Translations under genes and position numbers: made by a program
The notes under the pieces: generated by a model
The model's input: the letters and a program-made list of their open reading frames with translations, nothing else
What the model was told of the DNA's origin: nothing
The model's database searches: none
Part shown: piece after piece, positions 54,842 to 64,000 of the stretch
Position numbering within the stretch: the stretch's first letter is position 1
Layout of the letters: every line of letters starts with the position of its first letter
From: the human T2T-CHM13v2.0 reference genome, Homo sapiens
DNA length: 64,000 nucleotides
Strand: one strand, 5' to 3'
Assembly (NCBI RefSeq): GCF_009914755.1
Contig: NC_060947.1

Positions 54842-57800
54842 GATCTAAAAAAGGGCTAGAGAAGCAAGGGCAAACAAATTCAAAAGCTAGCAGAAGACAT
54901 GAAATAACTAAGATCAAAGCTGAACTGAAGGAGATAGAGACACAAAAAACCCTTCAAAAAATGAATGAATCTAGGAGCTGGGTTTTTTAAAAGACTAACA
55001 AAATAGATAGACCACCAGCCAGACTAATAAAGAAGAAAAGGGAGAAGAGTGAAATGGACACAATAAAAATGATAGGATGTCACCACTGATCCAACAGAAA
55101 TACAAACTATCATCAGAGAATACTATAAAAAACCTCTATGCAAATAAACTCTATGCGAATTGCTACAAAGAAAATCTAGGAGAAATGGATAAATATCTGG
55201 ACATATACTCACTCTCAAGACTAAACTAAGGAAGAAGTCAATTCTCTGAATAGACCAATAACAATTTCTGAAATTGAGAAATTAATTGTCTGTCCACCAA
55301 AAAAATCCCAGGACCAGATAACTTCACAGGTGTATTCTTCAAGAGGTATAAAGAGGAGCTGGTACCATTCATTCTGAGACTATTTTAAACAATAGAAAAA
55401 GAGGGACTTCTCCCTAACTTATTTTATGAGGCCGGCATCGTCCTGATACCAAAACCTGGCAGAGACACAACAAAAAATGAAAATTTCAGGCCAATATCCC
55501 TGCTTAACTTTGATGCCAAAATCCTCAATAAAATACTGGCAAACCAAATCTAGCAGCACATCAAAAAGCTTATCCATCATGATTAAGTTGGCTTCATCTC
55601 TGGCATGCAATGCTGGTTCAACATACGCAAATCATTAAACATAATCTGTCTCATAAACAGAACCAATGACAAAAACCACATAATTATCTCAATAGATGTA
55701 GAAAAAGCGTTTGATAAATTTCAACATCTCTTTATGCTAAAAACTCTCAATAAACTAGGTATTGATGGAACATATCTCAAAATAATAAGAGGTATTTATG
55801 TCAAATCCATAGCCAATATCATACTGAATGGACAAAACCTGGAAGCATTTCTTTTGAAAACTGGCACAAGACAATAGGAAGAGAGGAATTCAAATTGTCT
55901 CTGTTTGAAGATGACATGATTGTATATTTAGAAAACCCCATCATCTCAGCCGAAAATCTCCTTAAGCTGATAAGAAACTTCAGCAAAGTCTCAGGATACA
56001 GAATCAATGTGCAAAAATCACAAGCATTTCTATACACCAATAATAGACAAACAGAGAGCCAAATCATGAGTAAACTGCCATTCAGAATTGCTACAAACAG
56101 CATAAAATACTAGGAATACAACTTAGAAGTTACGTGTAGGACCTCTTCAAGCAGAACTACAAAACACTGCTCAAGGAAATAAGAGAGGACCCAAAGAAGT
56201 TGAAAAAAAATTTAGGAAGAATCAAGATCATGAAAATGGACATAGTAATCAAAGTAATTTATAGATTCAATGCTGTTTCCATCAAGCTACCATTGACTTT
56301 CTTCACAGAATTACCAGAAACTACTTCAAATTTCATATGGAACCAAAAAACGAGTCCATGGAGCCAAGACAATCTCAAGCTAAAAGAACAAAACTGGAGG
56401 CACCACGCTACCTGACTTCAAACTATACTACAAACCTACAGTAACCAAAACAGCATGGTACTGGTACCAAAACAGACACATAGGCCAATGGAACATAACA
56501 GAGGCCTCAGAAATAACACCACACATCTACAATGATTTGGTCTTCGAAAAACCTGACAAAAACAAGCAATGGGAAAAGGATTTTCTATTTAATTAATGGT
56601 GCTGGGAAAACTGGCTAGCTATATGCAGAAAACTGAAACTGGACCCCCTTTTTATACCTTATGCAAAAAATTAACTCAAGATGATTTAAATAGTTAAATA
56701 TAAATCCTAAAATTATAAAATCCCTAGAAGAAAACCTAGGCAATACCATTCAGGACATAAGAATGTGCAAAGACTTCATGACTAAAACACCAAAAGCAAT
56801 TGAAACAAAAGCCAAAATTGACAAATGGGATCTAATTAAACTAAAGAGCTTCTGCACAGCAAAACAAACTATCATCAGAGTGAACAGGTAACCTACAGAA
56901 TGGGAGAAATTTTTTGCAATCTATCCATCTGAAAAAGGTCTAATATCCAGTATCTACAATAATAGTAAACAAATTTACAAGAAAAAAAATAACCTCATCA
57001 GAAAGTGGGCAAAGGATATGAACAGACACTTCTCAAAGGAAGACATTTATGCTGCCAACAAACATATGAAAAAAAGCTCACCATCACTGGTCATTAGAGA
57101 AATGCAAATCAAAACCACAATGAGATACCATCTCAGACCAGTTAGAATGGTGATCATTCAAAAGTTAGGAAACAACAGATGCTGGAGAGGATGTGAAGAA
57201 ATAGTAATGCTTTTACACTGTTAGTGGGAGTGTAAATTACTTCAACCATTGTGGAAGACAGTGTGGCGATTCCTCAAGGATCTAGAACCAGAAATACCAT
57301 ATGACCCAGCAATCTCATTACTGTGTATATACCCAAAGGATTATAAATCGTTCTACTATAATGAAATATGTGCACGTATGTCTATTGCAGCACTGTGTAC
57401 AATAGCAAAGACTTGGAACCAACCCAAATGCCCATCTATGATAGACTGGATAAAGAAAATGTGGCACATGTAAACCATGGAATACTGTGCAACCATCAAA
57501 AAGAATGAGTTCATGTCTTTTGCCTGGACATGGATGAAGCTGGAAGTCATTATTCTCAACAAAGTAAAACAGGAACAGAAAGCCAAACACTGCTCAGTCT
57601 CACTCATTAGTGGGAGTTGAACAATGAGAACACATGGACACAGGGAGGGAAACATCACACACTAGTGCCTGTTGGGAGGTGGGGGCAAGGGGAGGGAGAG
57701 CATTAGGACAAATACCTAATGCATGCGTGGCTTAAAACCTAGATGATGGGTTGATAGGTGTAGCAAACCACCATAGCACATGTTTACCTATGTAACAAAC

Positions 57801-57873
57801 CTGCACGTTCTGCACATGTATCCCAGAACTTAAAGTGAATTAATTAAAAAATAAATAAATAAATAAAAATAAA
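54842..57873 (+). mobile_element. 5'-truncated L1PA8-like element
   Basis: ORF2 fragments with a small deletion near 55875. 3'UTR gcttaaaacctagatgatggg and (AAAT)n tail. Confidence 0.92.
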
Positions 57874-57917
57874 ATGGCGGTGCTTGTCCAAGGTCATGAT
57901 GCTCCTGCTCTGTCAGT

Positions 57918-58988
57918 ACCATTCTGTACATAGGCCATGGCAAAGATTTCATGATGAAGACACCAAAAGCAATTGTAACAAAAAAATTAAGAAATATGAT
58001 CCAATTAAACTAAAGAGCTTCTGCACAGCAAAGAAGCTATCAATAGATAGACAACCTACAGAATTGAAGAAAATATTTGCAATGTGTGCATTCACAAGGG
58101 TCTAATATCCAGAATCTTTAAGGAACTTTGTCAGTTTCACAAACAAAAAAAAAAACAAAAAACCCTATTTAAAAGTTTGCAAATGACGTGGACAGACACA
58201 TTTTAAAAGGAAACATAAATGCAGCCAACAAGCATATGAAAAATTGCTCAATATTACTAATTATTAGAGAAATGCAAATCAAAAGCACAATGAGATATCA
58301 TCTCATACCAGCCAGAATGGCTATTATTAAGAAGTCAAAATGAACAGTTGCTGGCTAGGTTGTGAAAAAAAAGGCAACACTTATATACTGCTGATGGGAG
58401 TTTACATTAGTTGAGCCATTGTGGCATGCAGTTTGGCAATTTCTCAAAGAACTTAAAACAGAATTGCCATTTGCCCCAGAGATTCCATTACTGTGTTTGT
58501 ACCCAAAGGAATGTAAATCAGTCTACTCTAAAGACACATGCACACATATGTTCATCACAGTACTATTCACAATAGCAAAGACATATAATCAATCTAGATG
58601 CCCATCAATGGTAGACTGAATAAAGAAAATAAAGAAAATGGAATTTTATGCGGCCATAAAAAAAGAATGAGATCATGTATTTTTCATCAACATGGATGGA
58701 GTTGGGTACTATTATCCTAAGCAAACTAACGCAGGAACAGAAAAGCAAATACCACGTGTTCTAACTTACATGTGAAAACTAAACATTTAGTACATATGGA
58801 CACAAAGAAGATAACAGACACTGGGGTCTATTTGAGGTTGGAGGGTGGGAGGGGGTGAGGATCGAAAAACTACTTAATTGGGTACTATACTCATCATCTG
58901 AGTACACCAAACCCCAGTTGCACGCAATTTACCTACATAACAAACCTACACATGTACCTTTGATCCTGAAATAAAAGTTAAGAAAATT
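57918..58988 (+). mobile_element. 5'-truncated L1PA15/16-like element
   Basis: ORF2 C-terminus ([10 protein letters not shown]) and an older-type 3'UTR. Confidence 0.85.
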
Positions 58989-59124
58989 ATACATATATGA
59001 AGAAAACAGTCTTATGGTTGTGGAATCAACGTTACACTTGGAGAAGTTATTTTTATTGGTGAGATACTTATCTTTTCCTGATGGAAATAAAGGTAGTAAA
59101 GATGAATATATTTTTATAGTTACA

Positions 59125-59270
59125 GGTTTGGTTGTTTGTTATCTGTCTTCCCAAATAGAATATGTAAGGTACTTATCCCTATTGTTCATTGTTGAGTCCT
59201 TGGTGTCTGGATCATACCTAATATATAGTAAATGCAGTCAAGTAAATGGTTCAAGGAATATTTATAGATA
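59125..59270 (+). mobile_element. L2 3' remnant
   Basis: tgtttgttatctgtcttccc...ttgttcattgttgagtcc...atagtaaatgc...aaatg. Confidence 0.5.
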
Positions 59271-59704
59271 AGTTGGAAATTAGGAAATAATTTGGGGAAG
59301 TTTTTACCTGATGCCCTTTTTTATGTTGGCAAAGTAGAAAAGAGGCATTCTATGGGTAAATGAGGGTGGTGTGTGGGATAATTTTAAATTCAACTCTGAG
59401 AAGAATTGAAATAGGAAGTAAATGGACTGCCCAGCATATTTGGAATTCCAGGTGAGGTTGAACTTGTTCAGTTTTGAACTCCTATTGATATTATATATGT
59501 AAAGCACACAACACATTAACATATAGTAAGTATCAGATAAATGTTAGTTGCCTTCCTCTTCCTTTTCCTGACACCATGAGGCATTTTAGAATTTAACTTG
59601 TTTGAGGTATGTTATCTTGATATTTCTACATTGTTTATATCTTGATAGCAGAGACCATGTCTTATATTTTTTTTGTTTTCTCAACCCCCTTTCCCCTTTT
59701 GACA

Positions 59705-59810
59705 GAATAATGATTACAATAGCAACATTAGCAAACTCATGTATAGTATACCATGTTATATTTTACAGAGTCCTTTTGAAGATCATCTCATTTGATCTTT
59801 AGAGCAACAT
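59705..59810 (-). mobile_element. MIR remnant
   Basis: aataatg...atcatctcatttgatcttt...agcaac. Confidence 0.5.
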
Positions 59811-60289
59811 TGCTGTGGGTTTCACAGCAAGCAGATGGATGAGCAGAACTCCCCATCCTGCTAGATAATAGATCTCAATACTTACCAACTGACTGAATCT
59901 GTGAGATATTGCAGAAGGTGGATTTTGTGATGGATGGAATTTGTAAACTAGTAAAAAGGGCAGTCAGAGATTGGTGGATACTAGGACCTTTTAAACAGTA
60001 ACGTGTAAATTGAGAACAGAAACCTTTGGGAAAGGGATTAGAGAGGGGTTATTAAAGGTATGTATAGTTTGGAACTGTTGAAGTGTACTTGAGATGTAAA
60101 AAGTGTTGCACTACAAATCACATCTAAAAAGAGATCTTACTAGAGAAACATGGTATACATGTATACAACATGGTACAGAAAACTACTTCATTAGTAATAT
60201 GTAAAACTGAAAGTCTAAGGAGTATAATCCTGAACTGTAGCCCATCAGCAATAGATTTTGACATAATATTCATTTTTATGTTCTACTTT

Positions 60290-60366
60290 GTTTTTAATTG
60301 ACACCTAATAATTATACATATTTATGAGGTACTGAGTGATGTTTTCATACATATATGCATTGTATA
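60290..60366 (-). mobile_element. Tiny L1MA-type 3'-end insertion within the EBLG N-terminal region
   Basis: ttttaattgacacctaataattatacatatttatgaggtac...gatgttttcatacatatatgcattgt. Confidence 0.7.
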
Positions 60367-61633
60367 TATTACTTTCTTCATTTATATAGAAAATGTCTCA
60401 ATTAAGCTTAATGAAATCTACATAGACTTTTTCTCAGGTTTTGAAGACCTTCAATTTTGTCCAGATCTCCATGCTCTTCACTGTACTAAGATTTTTTTTC
60501 TAGTTTCAGCTAGTTTCTCAACAGCTGTAAAGCATAACTAGGACAATCACAATATGTTTTAAACTTCAAAGGTTTTTTAGTGGTTCCATCATGCAACAAT
60601 GGATATGGACGGTATACAATCTGTTCACCTATTTCTTCACTTGTATAAATAGTGACTAACCGTACAGCTTGTTTGTGTATCTTCAAATCTGCCTTTAAGA
60701 CAAGATCAAAATAGCCAACAAATAATGACTAGAGGAAAGCAAAAAGAATGGAACTTGTATGTGGTCCTGACAGATAGCTGTGATTTTTGATATTGTTCTT
60801 GCAGCTTTCTTCAAAATATTAGTTTTTGCTTTAGTAAGCAGGCTAGGGAAAACTGAAAGTGCATCTACAACCTGATTCTGTTGGTCTGTTCTAGTGACAG
60901 TATTTCCTATGTCTCTTTAGACTAGTTGCATAGTTGGTAATTCAGTAGCTCCTAAAACCTTTATGAGCTATGGCAAAACTCTTGTTTTTAAAACAATTTA
61001 AGTTGGTTCATTTGCACCATCAGTGAGGTAGGAAATAGTCTCCAAATATCCATAAATACCTCAAGATCAATATGATGCAGAAGATAAACTAAAGTAGAGA
61101 GAATTTGCTTAGCAGCATCTAATAGTAGAGTTGGATTTTTTATGACAACAGAAGTTGGAAAGTAAAATTATATAAATAACCACACAACAAAGATGACATA
61201 TCAGGAACTTCAAGCAGAATTAATAAAGTATCTATTGCACCATTCTTGATAACCAAATCTTGAAAGATTTCCTAAAGCTCATATAGCTTATTTACTGATG
61301 TGTGAATGGTAAGATGCCAACAGAGCAATGAATGCGCTTCATCTACCACAGCTTGTCTATTGTGATTTCCCAAAATCTATATTAGCAAGTGCACCTAAAC
61401 AAATTAAAGTTTAACAGTACTACAATCAGAGAAAGGCACGCATTTTGGAATCAAACCAGTCTGGATTATATTGTTTATGGAGAGTTTTCCATAGAAAATA
61501 ATTTTCTGACACCTTGGGTAGCTTGGAGTTGGAGTACCAAATTATTACTCTTTGTGTCTTTCACAGTGACATCAACAGAACAATTTACAAAGCCCTAGTT
61601 GCTATGGTTTTCCTGTGATAGAAAAGTAGCAGG

Positions 61634-61930
61634 TGCTGGGTGCAGTGGCTCACACCTGTAATCCAGCACTTTGGGAGGCCGAGGTGGGTGGATCACTTGA
61701 GGTTAGGAGTTCAAGACCAGCCTGGCCAACATGGTGAAACCCCATCTCTACAAAAAAACACAAAATTAGTCGGGCATGGTGGAGGGCGCCTGTAATCCCA
61801 GCTCCTCAGGAGGTAGAGGCAGAAGAATCCCTTGAACCCAGGAGGCCAGAGTTGCAGTGAGCCAAGATCTCACCACTGTACTCCAGCCTGGGCCACAGAG
61901 TAAGACTCTGTGTCAAAAAAAAAAAAAAAA
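61634..61930 (+). mobile_element. AluS inserted in EBLG
   Basis: Dimeric Alu with poly(A) and a degenerate TSD (aaaagtagcagg / aaaagtgtcagg). Confidence 0.93.
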
Positions 61931-61954
61931 GTGTCAGGAAAATAGCTTATATTT

Positions 61955-62541
61955 CTTTTTTTTTTTTAATTTCAATACGTTTTTGTGGAACAGGTGGTGT
62001 TTGGTTACATGAATAAGTTCTTTATTGTTGATTTCTGAGAATTTGGTGCACCCATCACCCAAACAGTGTACACTGTACCCAATGTGTAGCCTTTTACCCC
62101 TCACCACCCTCTACCCTTTTTCCCAAGTCCCTGAAGTCCAGTGTATTATTCTTATGCCTTTGCGTCCTCATAGCTTAGCTCCCACATATGAGTGAGAACA
62201 TAAAATATTTGGTTTTTCATTCCTGAGTTGCTTCACTTGGAATAATAGTCTCCAATTCAATGCAGGTTGCTGCGAATGCCATTATTTCATTCCTTTATAT
62301 TGCTGAGTAGTATTCCATGGTATATATATACCACATTTTCTTTATCCACTCATTGATTGGTGGGCATTTGGGCTGGTTCCATATTTTTGCACCTGCAAAT
62401 TGTGCTGCTATAAACGTGTGTGCAAGTATCTTTTTCGTATAATGCCTTCTTTTTCTCTGGGTAGATACCTAGGAGTGGGATTGCTGGATCAAACGGTCAA
62501 TCTTCTTTTAGTTCTTTAAGGAATCTCCCCACTGTTTTTCA
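61955..62541 (-). mobile_element. 5'-truncated L1PB inserted in EBLG just before the TM segment
   Basis: L1PB 3'UTR (gaacaggtggtgtttggttacatgaataagttc) and poly(T). Confidence 0.9.
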
Positions 62542-62739
62542 GTTTTTAGCATCCCACCTATCTTTCTTAGCTTTCCTCAGTTTCATATTAACTTCTATGC
62601 ACTATTGTATCATTTCTCTTCTTTCTCTTTGTTCTTGCACCTGTTAAGGTGGACAGCTGGTGAATTGCCCTTCACATTGGTGGATGTATTTTTAGACCAC
62701 TGGGAAAAAGTTAGAAGATAGTGTGGATCTGGCTCAGGT

Positions 62740-63015
62740 TCTATGGGTAAAAGGGTCAAGGCTCACAGGCCTCAGGTCAGCACTTTCTGGATGGCTGAAA
62801 ACAATTATGCTTTAAAATTCTAAACTATAAAGGCTTTCAGAGCTAATGTTTTGATTTTCTAATGATGTACAGAAAATGGTAAGAGACTCTACCATGATAG
62901 GAAAATACATTTCTAATTCAGAGGAGATTACCAAAGAGAGAAAAATATCTACCAAATGGAAAAAGTGATTTGGACAGTATTTAGTCAAGTCTATGGTAGA
63001 ATGACTTTATAATTA
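62740..63015 (+). pseudogene. Probable endogenous bornavirus-like matrix element (EBLM), partial
   Basis: Collinear with recalled BoDV-1 M: GWLKTIML*~GWPTLMLE (62789), V(K)ETLP**~VKEPLQLPRE (62879), PNGKSDLD.YL~PAGHSLVNIYF (62952), NDFIII~DDFLLL (63000). Frameshifts are required. Confidence 0.5.
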
Positions 63016-63059
63016 TTAATGGCAAAAACCGCAATTACTTTTGCACCAGCCCAACCTAA
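63014..63059. mobile_element. MADE1 (Hsmar1 MITE) half
   Basis: ttaatggcaaaaaccgcaattacttttgcacc...aacctaa is a mariner TIR. Confidence 0.85.
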
Positions 63060-63064
63060 ATATT

Positions 63065-64000
63065 TTTATTGATTTTACTTTTTTTTTTTTTTTACTTTTT
63101 TCTGGTACGTAGTAGGTATACATATATGGAGCACATGAGATGTTTTGATACAGGTATACAATGCATAATAATCACATTAGAATACATGGGGTATCTGTGA
63201 TCTCAAGCATTCATTCATTCTTTGTGTTATAAACCATCTAATTATATTTTTAGTTATTTTAAAATATAAACTGTTGTTGACTGTAGCCACCTTGTTGTGC
63301 TATCCAATACTAGATGTTACTCATTTTATCTAATTATAATTTTGCATGCATTAATCATCCCTAACCTTACCCTCCAACCACTATCTTTCTCAGCCTTTGG
63401 TAACCATCATTCTACTCTTGATCTACATGAGTTCAATTGTTTTAATTTTTAGCACTCAGTAATATGTGAGAACATGCATAGTTTGTCTTTTGGTACCTGG
63501 CTTTTTTCACTTAACATAATGACCTCCAATTCCAGCCATATTGTTGCAGATGATAAGATCTCATTCATTTTTATGGCTGAATATTATTCCATTGTGTATA
63601 TGAAACACATTTTTAAAAATCTATTCATCTGTTGATGGACACTTAGGTTGCTTCCACATTTTGGCTATTGTGAATAGTGTTGCAATAAACACAGGAGTGC
63701 AGCTATCTTTTCAATATACTGATTTCCTTTCTTTGGTCTATATACCTAGCAGTGACATTGCTGGATCATGTGGTTGCTCTATTTTTTTTTTTTTTTTTTT
63801 TGAGAAGCCTTCAAACTATTATTCATAGCGGTTTTACTAATTTACATTCTCACTAACAGTGTACAACGTTTCCCTTTCCTCCATATTGTTGCTGGTATTT
63901 GTTATTGCCTGTCTTTTGAATATAGGCCATTTTAACTGGGGTGAGATTATGTCTTATTACAGTTTGGATTTGCATTTCTTTGATGATCAATGATATTCAG
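63065..64000 (-). mobile_element. L1MA-type 3' end, continuing beyond the window
   Basis: Poly(T), L1MA 3'UTR and the ORF2 C-terminus. Confidence 0.88.

Larger units (their letters stand above)
60170..62647 (+). pseudogene. Endogenous bornavirus-like glycoprotein element (EBLG), near full-length, degenerate, interrupted by L1, Alu and L1
   Basis: Collinear matches to recalled BoDV-1 G (local ~ viral): GFEDLQ~GLIDLE (60437), TICFK~TSCLK (60549), GF-x11-RYT (60571-60618), CINS~CLNNS (60642), F*YCS~FMYCS (60785), [13 protein letters not shown]~CNSSSKIVSFDEF (60887), CRR/KLK*RE~CRPRLKRRRRD (61076), QILKDFL~QFLRSWL (61254), NQTSLDY~NKTSHDY (61449), VTSTE~ITSTD (61566). A TM-like segment FLASHLSFLAFLSFILTSMHYCIISL lies at 62543-62647. 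Confidence 0.78.

Noticed and set aside
60200-60280. M-like motif upstream of G (NIHF~NIYF)
   Set aside because: Single weak motif. It is better read as the hydrophobic N-terminus of G.
61227-61300. [17 protein letters not shown] resembling bornavirus L (ALTNPRVRAQLELHIAY)
   Set aside because: The same bases fit G (SQFLRSWL...IIGY) in collinear order with many other G motifs, whereas the L match is isolated.
62646-63000. L-polymerase N-terminus after G (KVDS..NCP, FDFLMMYRK) with an apparent splice acceptor
   Set aside because: Fewer identities than the M reading, and the pyrimidine tract is explained by TM codons. Not fully excluded.

Overview
Primate (human-like), AT-rich, gene-poor genomic DNA made almost entirely of layered retrotransposons. 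It holds many L1s (L1M, L1MA, L1PB, L1PA3-16; full-length, truncated, nested and internally deleted), about ten Alus, a complete 5.8-kb HERV-H provirus with two LTR7s and a 5-bp TSD (4722-10516, minus), an LTR8-type solo LTR, and Tigger4, MADE1, MIR and L2 remnants. No intact host gene is evident, and nearly all listed ORFs are L1, HERV or Alu debris. The standout signal is in the apparently unique stretch at about 60170-63015. Read across stops, frameshifts and three TE insertions, the + strand gives a near full-length fossil bornavirus-like glycoprotein gene (EBLG). It is followed by a probable matrix (M)-like segment, which gives the G-M order of carbo/culterviruses, and there is a weak P-like hint upstream. 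These viral matches are by-eye comparisons to the BoDV-1 proteins as I recall them and need tBLASTn/HMM confirmation. Repeat subfamily calls are from remembered diagnostic motifs, and boundaries are approximate unless a TSD is given.
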